Program-made: the position numbers and the translations under genes
The notes under the pieces: model-generated
What the model was told of the DNA's origin: nothing
Seen by the model: the letters and a program-made list of their open reading frames with translations, nothing else
Database searches by the model: none
Shown: piece after piece, positions 12,548 to 24,600 of the stretch
Numbering within the stretch: position 1 is the stretch's first letter
Layout: each line of letters begins with the position of its first letter
Assembly (NCBI GenBank): GCA_002269645.1
Contig: NIVC01000903.1
Coordinates: forward strand, 79,178-143,177
DNA from: Macrostomum lignano
Taxonomy: Eukaryota
Direction: 5' to 3'
Length of the DNA stretch: 64,000 nt

Positions 12548-13735
12548 GAAAGCAGACAGCCAATCAGAGTGAGGCTCGAGGCTGCATGCCAGGCTAGAAA
12601 ACAGGCAGCCAATCAGTGTGAGGCTGCATGCCAGGCTAGAAAACAGGCAGCCAATCAGAGTGAAGCTGCATGCCAGACTATGCAACAGACAGCCAATCAG
12701 AGTGAGGCTGCATGCCAGGCCAGAAAACAGGCAGCCAGTCAGAGTGAGGCTGCATGCCAGGCTAAAAAACTAGCAGCCAATCAGAGTGAGACTGCATGCC
12801 AGGCCAGAAAACAGGCAGCCAGTCAGAGTGAGGCTGCATGCCAGGCTAGAAAACAGGCAGCCAATCAGAGTGAGACTGCATGCCAGGCCAAAAACAGGCA
12901 GCCAGTCAGAGTAAGGCTGCATGCCAGGCTAGAAAACAGGCAGCCAGTCAGAGTGAGGCTGCATGCTAGGCTAGAAAACAGGCAGCCCAGTCAGAGTGAG
13001 ACTGCATGCCATGCCAGAAAACATGCAGCCAGTCAGAGTAAGGCTGCATGCCAGGCTAAAAAACTAGCAGCCAATCAGAGTGAGACTGCATGCCAGGCCA
13101 GAAAACAGGCAGCCAGTCAGAGTGAGGCGGCATGCTAGGCTAGAAAACAGGCAGCCAGTCAGAGTGAGACTGCATGCCATGCCAGAAAACAGGCAGCCAG
13201 TCAGAGTGAGGCTGCATGCCAGGCTAAAAAACTAGCAGCCAATCAGAGTGAGACTGCGCCAGAAAACAGGCAGCCAGTCAGAGTGAGGCTGCATGCCAGG
13301 CTAAAAAACTAGCAGCCAATCAGAGTGAGACTGCATGCCAGGCCAGAAAACAGGCAGCCAGTCAGAGTGAGGCTGCATGCCAGGCTAGAAAACAGGCAGC
13401 CAGTCAGAGTGAGACTGCATGCCATGCCAGAAAACAGGCAGCCAGTCAGAGTGAGGCTGCATGCCAGGCTAAAAAACTAGCAGCCAATCAGAGTGAGACT
13501 GCGCCAGAAAACAGGCAGCCAGTCAGAGTGAGGCTGCATGCCAGGCTAAAAAACTAGCAGCCAATCAGAGTGAGACTGCATGCCAGGCCAGAAAACAGGC
13601 AGCCAGTCAGAGTGAGGCGGCATGCTAGGCTAGAAAACAGGCAGCCAGTCAGAGTGAGACTGCATGCCAAGCCAGAAAATTGGCAGCCAGTAAGAGTGAG
13701 GCTGCATGCCAGGCTAAAAAACTAGCAACCAATCG
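12548..13735. repeat. ~40-bp minisatellite (CAGCCAATCAGAGTGAGGCTGCATGCCAGGCTAGAAAACAGG)
   Basis: About 29 direct copies in STARD3 intron 1. Confidence 0.95.
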
Positions 13736-13856
13736 GACTAATTACTTGTAGCCAGGCAATTTGTCGAGGGGGGCCTCAGCGGCCTTGACCTTCTCAGGCT
13801 GTCAGGCAGGGATCAAACAGCACCGGTTTATTAATCTACAAAATTCCCATTTGCAG

Positions 13857-13934
13857 GGGGTGTCCCTCGTCAGATTCATCCTGTTAGAAGTTTTCTACGC
13901 CGCCCTTCGACTACAAAGTCCATGGGTTGTTGCC
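13857..13934 (+). CDS. STARD3: STARD3 coding exon 2
   Basis: ttgcag|GGG...GCC|GTAAGT; 78 nt, GVSLVRFILLEVFYAALRLQSPWVVA (MENTAL TM2-3). Confidence 0.9.
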
Positions 13935-14063
13935 GTAAGTTTCTTCATTTTCTTTATCGTTTATTTTGTTTCAAGCCCACTACTTACACTCACTCTGGTT
14001 AGTAGATTGTTTCGTATATTAAATTATTTGACTTCATTTACCGTTCCAAAAAAACAATTTCAG

Positions 14064-14117
14064 GTCACAACCGCATTCTCCACGGCCTTTATAATCGTTA
14101 AGATCATACTTTACGAT
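14064..14117 (+). CDS. STARD3: STARD3 coding exon 3
   Basis: tttcag|GTC...GAT|GTAGGT; 54 nt, VTTAFSTAFIIVKIILYD (cf. VTTLVSSAFLIVKVIL). Confidence 0.9.
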
Positions 14118-14207
14118 GTAGGTTTTCATGGTGCTTGAATGAATGTTTATATAAGAGTAAATAAAATTTAGCCTAAGCAGAATTGTGTAATTATCTCTCT
14201 GTTCCAG

Positions 14208-14460
14208 TACGATCACGGTCACAGCGTGTTTGACTATCTGTTGCCAATAATGAGTTTGGTTTTAGTTTGGATTGAAACCTTCCTGCTAGACTGCAAAGTT
14301 CTGCCGAAGGAGCGGGCTGATGAACAGCTCAACGAACGAAGTCCTCTGCTTAGTGGCGGCCGCAGCTCTTCTGTCACGGCGGAATATGTCTATGGGGGAG
14401 GCCTGCGGCACTCGTTTGTGCCGTCTGAGGGCTTCGTTACGCCTGAGTCGTCGCCTAATA
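14208..14460 (+). CDS. STARD3: STARD3 coding exon 4
   Basis: ttccag|TAC...AAT A|GTGAGA; FDYLLPIMSLVLVWIETFLLDCKVLP (cf. FGYLLPIVSFVLAWLETWFLDFKVLP), and EGFVTPESSP resembles the phospho-FFAT region (EGQFYSPPES). Confidence 0.9.
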
Positions 14461-14577
14461 GTGAGATTTTGTTATGATTTGTTTCCTAGAGAACTCTGCT
14501 AAAACTCGTGTCTTTGGGCTGGGATTTTCCCGCATGAATTTTAACTGAGTGCGCTGCGTAAGTGCGTGGGTTCATTA

Positions 14578-15940
14578 GCGCGCAATGTCATAAGCGCGCA
14601 GTGTCATAGGCGCGCAGTGTCAAAAGTGCGCAGTGTCATAGGCGCGCAGTGTCAAAAGTGCGCAGTGTCATAAGCGCGCAGTGTCATAGGTGCGCAGTGT
14701 CAAAAGTGCGCAGTGTCATAAGCGCGCAGTGGCATAAGCGCGCAGTGTCATAGGTGCGCAGTGTCAAAAGTGCGCAGTGTCATAAGCGCGCAGTGGCATA
14801 AGCGCGCAGTGTCATAAGCGCGCAGTGTCATAAGCGCGCAGTGTCATAAGTGCGCAGTGGCATAAGCGCGCAGTGTCATAAGCGCGCAGTGTCATAGGCG
14901 CGCAGTGTCAAAAGTGCGCAGTGTCATAGGCGCGCAGTGTCAAAAGTGCGCAGTGTCATAAGCGCGCAGTGTCATAGGTGCGCAGTGTCAAAAGTGCGCA
15001 GTGTCATAAGCGCGCAGTGGCATAAGCGCGCAGTGTCATAAGCGCGCAGTGTCATAAGCGCGCAGTGGCATAAGCGCGCAGTGTCATAAGCGCGCAGTGG
15101 CATAAGCGCGCAGTGTCATAAGCGCGCAGTGTCATAAGTGCGCAGTGGCATAAGCGCGCAGTGTCATAAGCGCGCAGTGTCATAAGCGCGCAGTGGCATA
15201 AGCGCGCAGTGTCATAAGCGCGCAGTGTCATAAGTGCGCAGTGGCATAAGCGCGCAGTGTCATAAGCGCGCAGTGTCATAAGCGCGCAGTGTCATAAGCG
15301 CGCAGTGTCATAAGCGCGCAGTGTCATAAGCGCGCAGTGTCATAAGTGCGCAGTGTCATAAGCGCGCAGTGTCAAAAGTGCGCAGTGTCATAAGCGCGCA
15401 GTGTCATAAGCGCGCAGTGTCATAAGCGCGCAGTGTCATAGGTGCGCAGTGTCATAAGTGCGCAGTGTCATAAGCGCGCAGTGTCATAGGTGCGCAGTGT
15501 CATAAGCGCGCAGTGGCATAAGCGCGCAGTGTCATAAGCGCGCAGTGTCATAAGCGCGCAGTGGCATAAGCGCGCAGTGTCATAAGCGCGCAGTGTCATA
15601 AGTGCGCAGTGGCATAAGCGCGCAGTGTCATAAGCTCGCAGTGACAAGCGCGCAGTGTCAAAAGTGCGCAGTGTCATAAGTGCACAGTGTCATAAGTGCA
15701 CAGTGTCATAAGTGCGCAGTTTCATAAGCGCGCAGTGTCATAGATGCGCAGTGTCAAAAGTGCGCAGTGTCATAAGCGCGCAGTGTCATAAGCGCGCAGT
15801 GTCATAAGTGCGCAGTGTCATAAGCGCGCAGTGTCATAGGTGCGCAGTGTCAAAAGTGCGCAGTGTCATAAGCGCGCAGTGTCATAAGCGCGCAGTGTCA
15901 TACTCGTAGGTGCGCAGTGTCATAAGCGCGCAGTGTCATA
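14578..15940. repeat. 17-bp minisatellite (AAGCGCGCAGTGTCATA)
   Basis: About 80 direct copies filling STARD3 intron 4. Confidence 0.95.
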
Positions 15941-16146
15941 AAGTCTATTTTGTGGCTAAACCTGACTTCAGAGTTCAAAAGCAATTTTGCAGCTGAAATT
16001 TTCGCAGATTTTGTTGGGATCTAAGAAACTCAGTAGTCTACTAGGTGTTACATGTATCCTATATTAAATTTTAATATCGTTAAGTTCAAAGCCTCAGTTT
16101 TTATGATTTTACATTATTATAAATGCTTACTCAAACTTTTATGCAG

Positions 16147-16220
16147 ACTCCGACAACGAGGACGATGGTGCGGCAGCCAACAGCCAGGTGGCAGCTTCCA
16201 GCCTGCTGTCAATCGAGGAA
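16147..16220 (+). CDS. STARD3: STARD3 coding exon 5 (linker)
   Basis: ttttatgcag|AC TCC GAC AAC GAG...GAA|GTGAGA; phase 1 matches exon 4; NSDNEDD resembles GSDNESDE. Confidence 0.85.
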
Positions 16221-16579
16221 GTGAGAGTTGAAATTTTATTGCAAATCTTTTTACAAGCCTTACTACTGTATGCATTTAGTATCGATTCGCGTGATCGGGG
16301 GCTGTTATGAAATGACAGTGGCCTTCAGTATTACTAGGTATAGGCTCAGATGAGCCCATGGCTGGTGACCATGGTGAAAATTCATGACCCCATAACTAAC
16401 TACTATCTATGACCGTAGACCATGACCGATGACCCTATGATCAGTGACCCCTTCAGGGCCAATGATCTTTATCTTGAATAATCTCCATGATCGATGATGG
16501 CTTATGACCGAACACTTACACTCTGCAGCTTAGAGTGATTCTCTGTGGTTTGGAGTGATTCTTTGCAGCTTGGAGTGAG

Positions 16580-18755
16580 ATGACCAATGATCCACATGAC
16601 CAATGATCTACATGACCAATGATCCACAAGACAAATAAATTATTCATATGACCAAAGATCTTTATGACCAATGATCTTTATGACCAATGATCTACATGAC
16701 CAATGATTCACATGACCAATAAATGATCTACATGACCAATGATCCACATGACCTATGATCCACATGACCAATAAATGATCCTCATGACCAATGATCCTCA
16801 TAACCAATGATCCACATGACCTATGATCCACATGACCAATAAATGATCCTCATGACCAATGATCCTCATGACCAATGATCCACATGACCAATAAATGATC
16901 CACATGACCAATGATCCTCATGACCAATGATCTACATGACCAATGATCCACATGACCAATAAATGATTCACATGACCAATAAATAATTCACATGACCAAT
17001 AAATGATTTACATGACCAATAAATGATCCACATGACCAATGATCCTCATGACCAATGATCCACATGACCAATAAATGATCCACATGACCAATGATCCACA
17101 TGACCAATAAATGATCCACATGACCAATGATCCTTATGACCAATGATCTACATGACCAATGATCCACATGACCAATAAATAATTCACATGACCAATAAAT
17201 GATTCGCATGACCAATGATCCACATGACCAATGATCTACATGACCAATGATCCACATGACCAATGATTCACATGACCAATAAATGATCCACATGACCAAT
17301 GATCCTCATGACCAATGATCTACATGACCAATGATCCACATGACCAATAAATAATTCACATGACCAATAAATAATTCCCATGACCAATAAATGATTCACA
17401 TGACCAATGATCTACATGACCAATGATCCACATGACCAATGATCCACATGACCAATGATCCACGTGACCAATAAATGATTCACATGACCAATAAATAATT
17501 CACATGACCAATTATCTCGATGATCAATGATCTACATGACCATTAAATGATCCACATGACCAATGATCCTCATGACCAATGATCAACATGACCAATGATC
17601 CACATGACCAATGATCTGCATGACCAATGATCCACATGACCAATGATCTACATGACCAATGATCCACATGACCAATAAATGATTCACATGACCAATGATC
17701 TACATGACCAATGATCCACATGACCAATAAATGATCTACATGACCAATGATTCACATGACCAATGATCCACATGACCAATAAATGATTCACATGACCAAT
17801 GATCCACATGACCAATGATCTACATGACCAATGATCCACATGACCAATGATCCACATGACCAATAAATGATTCACATGACCAATGATCTACATGATCAAT
17901 GATCCACATGACCAATAAATGATTCACATGACCAATAAATGATTCACATGACCAATGGTCTACATGACCAATGATCTACATGACCAATGATCTACATGAC
18001 CAATGATACACATGACCAATGATCCACATGACCAATAAATGATTCACATGACCAATGATCTACATGACCAATGATCCACATGACCAATAAATGATTCACA
18101 TGACCAATGATCTACATGACCAATGATCTACATGACCAATGATCCACATGACCAATAAATGATTCACATGACCAATGATCTGCATGACCAATGTTCTACA
18201 TGACCAATGATCCACATGACCAATAAATGATTCACATGACCAATGATCTACATGACCAATGATCCACATGACCAATAAATGATTCACATGACCAATGATC
18301 TGCATGACCAATGATCTACATGACCAATGATCTACATGACCAATGATCTACATGACCAATGATCTACATGACCAATGATCTACTTGACCAATGATCCACA
18401 TGACCAATGATCTACGTGACCAATGATCCACATGACCAATGATCCACATGACCAATAAATGATCCACATGACCAATGATCCACATGACCAATAAATGATT
18501 CACATGACCAATGATCTACATGACTAATGATCCACATGACCAATAAATGATTCACATGACCAATGATCTGCATGACCAATGATCCACATGACCAATGATC
18601 CACATGACCCATAAATGATCTACATGACCAATGATTCCCATGACCAATGATCCACATGACCAATAAATGATTCACATGACCAATGATCCACATGACCAAT
18701 GATCCACATGACCAATAAATGATTCACATGACCAATGATCTACATGACCAATGAC
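16580..18755. repeat. 16/20-bp minisatellite (TGACCAATGATCCACA / TGACCAATAAATGATTCACA)
   Basis: More than 100 direct copies filling STARD3 intron 5, with degenerate copies grading into unique sequence on both sides. Confidence 0.95.
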
Positions 18756-18866
18756 CCCATAGCCGATAACCATATGACCGATGGCCTTATGACCGATCAC
18801 CCTCTGGCCAATTACGCCATGACCGATAGCACCATGACCGATGACCGCAATTATCACCCGCTCCAG

Positions 18867-19394
18867 CGGCACCGCCTGGCTCTCCGCGCCTCCCGCCTGG
18901 CTGACGAGTCCTGGCAGGCCTTGGAGGATGCTGGCTGGCGCTGCGTCCACGACCGGCCGCCCGTCCGGGTCCTGTCGCAGCGCTCGCGCCACCGCCCGTC
19001 TGGCAAAGCCTGGCGCCTGGAGACCCGGCTGCCGATCTCTGCCGATCGAGCTTTCCGCGAAATCTGGGACCGGGTGGACCGGCAGGCCGACTGGAATCCC
19101 ACAGTGCAGTTCTCCCGGCTGCTGCTCCGGCTGGACTCCGACACGGCCATAGTGCACAATGCCACCGCCGAGGCTGGCGGGGGCCTCATCAAGGCGCGCG
19201 ATTTTGTAACTCTGTGCGTCAGACGGTCCAGAGAGAACGGCATTCGTTACACTGGCGGCGTCTCCATAGAGACCGGGCTGATGCCCAAGATGGACGGCTA
19301 CACCCGGGGGGAGAATCATCCCGGCTGCATTGCCTGCATCCCGGATGGGCCCGGCGCCTGCCAGCTCGTGTGGATTGTTGACTCGGATATCAAG
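18867..19394 (+). CDS. STARD3: STARD3 coding exon 6 (most of the START domain)
   Basis: ctccag|CGG...AAG|GTGCGC; contains WNPTV, AGGGLIKARDFV, RGENHPGC and LVWIVDSDIK, hallmark StAR/STARD3 START motifs. Confidence 0.92.
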
Positions 19395-19429
19395 GTGCGC
19401 TGGTCTCTACAGAGTTGCTATGCGATTGG

Positions 19430-20055
19430 GGATTGGGATTTCTGTGAGATTATGAATTGGGATTTCTATGGGATTGGAGAATGGGATTTCTATGGTATTG
19501 GGGAATGGGATTTCTATGAAAATTGGAGAATGGGATTTCTATGAAATTTGGGAATGGGATTTCTATTGGATTGGGGAAAGGAATTTTTATGGGATTGTGG
19601 AATGGGATTTATATGTTATTGGGGAGTGGGATTTTTATGAGATTGAAGAATGGGATTTCTATGGTATTGGGGAATGGGATTTCTATGGTATTGGGGAATG
19701 GGATTTCTATGAAATTTGGGAATGGGATTTCTATGTAATTTGGGAATGGGATTTCTATTGGATTAGGGAAAGTAATTTCTATGGGATTGTGGAATGGAAT
19801 TTCTATGGTATTGGGGAATGGGATTTCTATGGTATTGGGGAATGGGATTTCTATGAAATTTGGGAATGGGATTTCTATGTAATTTGGGAATGGGATTTCT
19901 ATTGGATTAGGGAAAGTAATTTCTATGGGATTGTGGAATGGAATTTCTACGGGATTGGGGATTGGGATTTCTATGGTATTGGGGAATGGGATTTCTATGG
20001 TATTGGGGAATGGGATTTCTATGGTATTTAGGTTTCTATGGGATTGGGGATTGAA
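19430..20055. repeat. 24-bp minisatellite (GGGATTTCTATGGTATTGGGGAAT)
   Basis: About 25 copies in STARD3 intron 6. Confidence 0.9.
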
Positions 20056-20108
20056 ATTAATTAAGGAAAATTTCTAAAAGCATCTCACCACATTTTCTAA
20101 CACAACAG

Positions 20109-20231
20109 GGCTGGGTGCCCACCCGGGTCATTGACCAGGCCATGACCAGTGTCATGACCCAGCTGGGCGCCAGTCTGCAGAGCCACGCCAGCCGAATCGC
20201 TCAGAAAGAAGGCCTCTCACCGGCGGTGTGA
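20109..20231 (+). CDS. STARD3: STARD3 last coding exon
   Basis: caacag|GGC TGG GTG CCC...TGA; GWVPTRVIDQAMTSVMTQLGASLQ is the START C-terminal helix (cf. GWLP..VI.Q). The seven exons sum to 439 aa. Confidence 0.88.
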   Translation, partial: GWVPTRVIDQAMTSVMTQLGASLQSHASRIAQKEGLSPAV

Positions 20232-20454
20232 GACTGCCTGCGGCTGGTGCTGTGAATATCACCTGCGGTTCATCATTACTGACATTAACATTTGGTCTTT
20301 CTAGTGTGTATTGTGACTCAGCCTCAGCCCTTCTGTGTCCCTGTGTTCCCCCTTCTTTGTGTCCGCTGCAACACAATTCTTTCACTGAGTCTTTTAGGAT
20401 AAATTGCAATACTTGTGTCTATTGGCTAGTGTGTTCAAAACAGTTTTTGTTTCG

Positions 20455-20805
20455 ATGGCTAAGTGTCCAAGACCATGTGTGTCCATGGCTAAGTGTCCAA
20501 GACCATGTGTGTCCATGGCTAAGTGTCTAAGACCACGTGTGTCCATGGCTAAGTGTCTAAAACCACGTGTGTCTATGGCTTGTGTCCAAGACCATGTGTG
20601 TCCCACTGACATTGAGTGTGTCTATTGGCTGGTGTCAGAAACTGTGTCCCACTGACATTGAGTGTGTCTATTGGCTGGTGTCAGAAACTGTCCCACTGAC
20701 ATTGAGTGTGTCTATTGGCTGGTGTCAGAAACTGTGTCCCACTGACATTGAGTGTGTCTATTGGCTGGTGTCAGAAACTGTCCCACTGACATTGGGTGTG
20801 TCCAT
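20455..20805. repeat. Two adjacent minisatellites (30-bp GTGTCCATGGCTAAGTGTCCAAGACCATGT; ~46-bp GTCCCACTGACATTGAGTGTGTCTATTGGCTGGTGTCAGAAACT) downstream of the STARD3 stop
   Basis: About 4-5 copies of each visible. Confidence 0.85.
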
Positions 20806-21278
20806 TCCAGCTAGGTTGTCAATAACTGAGTCCCAAAACCTGACTTTATGTCTAGTGTAATTTTCATAGTTTCTAGTGTAATTAGGAAAATTCTTTCATT
20901 ATTGAAATTGTCGTTGTAATTACTGCGATCCTTTCATATTTATGTTATTCATACAAATAATGAGATATGCAGATTTTTTAAACTATAAATATTTTTGATA
21001 ACTTCCTGCCTGGCAACCTTTGCGATTTTAGCTGTCCTTTTTTGCGAATTTATTAAATTTATAGAACTCCAAACAAGTAGAAGAAATTGCGATTCAATAG
21101 CTAATACTGTCCGTTCTATATTTACCTACGACAGGTTTTTTATTAAAATAAAATTGCCTGAATATAGACGATTAATTGTTCTACTCAAGTATATACTGCT
21201 GAATTCTAACCTTATTAATTTTATCACTGTGTGCAGTTCTGACAGTTTGCCTCCACTTAAGAATGGAAGCTTTAAGAT

Positions 21279-21590
21279 TCAGAGTGAGACTGCATGCAGC
21301 AGGCAGCCAATCAGAGTGAGGCTGCATTCCGGACTAGAAAACAGGCAGCCAATCAGAGTGATGCTGCATGCCAGACTATGCAACAGACAGCCAATCAGAG
21401 TGAGGCTGCATGCCAGACTATGCAACAGGCAGCTAATCAGAGTGAGGCTGCATGCCAGACTAGAAAGCTGGCAGCGAATCAAAGTGAGCTGCATGCCAGA
21501 CTATGCAACAGACAGCCAATCAGAGTGAGGCTGCATGCCAGACTATGCAACAGACAGCCAATCAGAGTGAGGTTGTACATGTATACCAGA
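21279..21590. repeat. Second array of the ~40-bp CAGCCAATCAGAGTGAGGCTGCATGCC family
   Basis: About 8 copies in the same orientation as 12548-13735. Confidence 0.9.
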
Positions 21591-21635
21591 CTAGGAGATC
21601 AAACCAAAAGTGAAGCGCTTGGTAAGAACGCAGTT

Positions 21636-24600
21636 ACTACGTAATGCGCAGATAAGTGTTGATTTTTAGGCATATTTGACGCAAAAAACGCAAATTATAC
21701 TACTATCTGAAAATGAAGTAAGTAGTATATGAAAACGATATCCTAAGCGTGATGTGGCAATATGTAGTCGTAATAATCCATGTGCTCATATTAATTCCAT
21801 GTACATTAATCCCTATCTATCTCAAATTGTACATTAATTCCATGTACATTAATCCATATCTCAAATTGTCTATCCCCAATTCTATATGTACACTCACATT
21901 AATCTACAGTGTCATCCCCAGCGCGCGCGCGCACCAAAATTACAACTCGAAACCCTACTATATGTACAGTGTACAATCTCATCTACTACTACCAAATGAG
22001 TCAACTAATTGTGTAGCCTACAACGTAAATGTATATTTCCAATGTACATTTCTCAGACATTTGAATAATACGGGTCGGAGTCTATATGTACATCGATAGC
22101 CTCTATACTCGTATCCGCTACATACCCCAAAAATTAGGTATGTACATTTTCACCCTCGGAGAATGTAGGTTTGAATATGCTGATAATTTATTCGAAATCA
22201 CTTATAAAATACACATACTTTCATATAGAGGCGGGCCTGTACAAACTCTCGCCAAGCGATGGGGTGGAGGTTGCGTCATCCAAGCCTCTCCCAAGTCTGC
22301 CCCCCCCCCAAATACAAGACTGTGTTGAAGCAGTGCTTTATATTTCTATTGACAGTGAGTATGATACAAGACGCTTCGTCGCGCTTTAATTACAGTAAAC
22401 CATCCCCTCGAAGCTCCTATACTGAATGCTGAATCACCCTTTAACTCGGACCATAGTCAAATTCAACCCTGTTCGAAAACAGCCACCCCTCCGATGTTCA
22501 CCAGACACAGCGCAGACCCCATAACAAATCGAGCTAAATTTTAACACTCGCCCCTGTTCTCTCTGTCCCCCCTTCTAAATGCCAAGGAATTTCGACCCTC
22601 TCTCCATTTTCAGTGTACAGACAGATCTTTCCACAGCACAGACCCTATATTAAACTTCAAAACCCCTCTCTTCTCCGATTACGTCATCCATGCCGCCCCA
22701 GTTAGCAAGAAACCAACTTTTAATGCACACATCAACCCCCGCGAGCAAATCCGAGTCCACCAACCTCTACCTGCATTGACAAACCCCAGCTGCATTTGTA
22801 AATGTACACAGCCTATGAATCAGTGTCTCCACCGCATGCAATTCTGATTTACTTGATTCTAAACTTTGTAAATTGTATAAGTCACCCTTGCGTTATACTA
22901 GAAGTAGTGAAGTCCACATATTTAAATACGTGAGGCTATTCAATTCTGCCTCTCCGCCTCCCCTACCTTCTCACTTCAAGCTTTCAGACTTGGTCTTTGA
23001 GACGGTCGGTTTAATCTGTTAGAAGCAGGAATGAATCATGCACTGACCTCTCCATACAAAGTAAAGTTGGAATTTCAGACAAGAAATTTGGTTATTTTAA
23101 AAGCTAAATGACTAGAAATGCACATTTTTTTCATTAAAATGCAGCTTTTTACAGTTTTTTTACGATTTTAACCTTAAAATGCAGACTTTGTTGATCAAAA
23201 TCAGTAGTTTCATCACTAGAAACCATACTTTCAGCAGCTCCTCGTAATTTGTCCAAATGTCGCTTTCAACTTGACCTTAGACTGCTTTTAAGCAGGAATG
23301 AACCCCCCACAAACATCCACAAGCCAGCCCAAAATCATCCAAAGACATGGCTATTGAAGCCTAAATTGCTAGAAATGCGCATTTTTTTCATAAGAAAATA
23401 CAAATTTTCACAGTTTTTATGCATTTTTACGTTAAAATGCAGACTTTATTGATCAAAATCAGTAGTTTCATCACTAGAAACCATACTTTCAGCAACTAAT
23501 TTGTCCAAATATCGCTTTCAATTTGACCTTAGACAGCTTTTAAGCAGGAATGAACCCCCCACAAACATCCACAAGCCACCCCAGAATCAACCAAAGACAT
23601 GGCTATTGAAGCTTAAATTGCTAGAAATGAGCATTTTTTCATAAAACACAAATTTTAACAGTTTTTACGCATTTTTTTCGTTAAAATGCAGACTTTATTG
23701 ATCAAAATCAGTAATTCATCACTAAAAACCACAATTTTAACACAAAATTATCACAAATGCTACTTCTGGAACTCTGAGACAGCTTTGAGCAGGAATTATA
23801 ATCGCACACGGATTACCCGAGCCAGTCCAATATTCCACTGAAGCCAGGGTTTTTTAAAGCTGAATTGTTAGAATTGCTCATTCTTTCGTTTAATAAATGA
23901 CAATTTTCACAGTTTTATTATTTTCTAACGTTAAAATGCGAAATGTATTGGTCAAACTTAGTAGTTTCATCCCAAAAGCCATAATTTCAACCGCTAATTT
24001 GTCCAAATGCTGATTTCAAAGTTGGCAAGAGACAGCTTTCGAGCAGGAATGAGTTACACACTGATCTCCATATGCACACCCCGGCCCAAGTTGGAATTCC
24101 ACCCAAGACATTTTCATTGAAAGCTAAATTACTAGAAATTGCACATTTTCGTTTTAAAAAGGTCAATTTTCACAGTTTTTACTCTTTTTAACGTTAAAAT
24201 GCTGACTTTATTGAACAAAATTAATCACTTCATCAGCAGAAACCATAATTTTTACAACTTAATGCTGTTTCATCATTCAAATGTATGTATTTGGTACGTG
24301 TAATACCCCTCATGAAGTCAGGGAAGGGATTATTCTTGAATATTGGGTTAAAACGTACAGTTTGCTATAAACCTAGCTATAATAATTTTAACATATACAG
24401 TCGGCGAAGCGGCCCGTTGATTTCGATTGACATTTAAACTGTCCCTCCCAGACCTCTCTCTCTCTCCTTCTGCACCCACCGAGAAAAGTGACTCATGCGG
24501 CAATCAGCTGGACAGGTTTTATTACTGAATTGGCAAAACAGCCAACACCCAATGGTCATATTAGACTCGTCTTCACAGCACAGACCCATGTAGAACAGAA

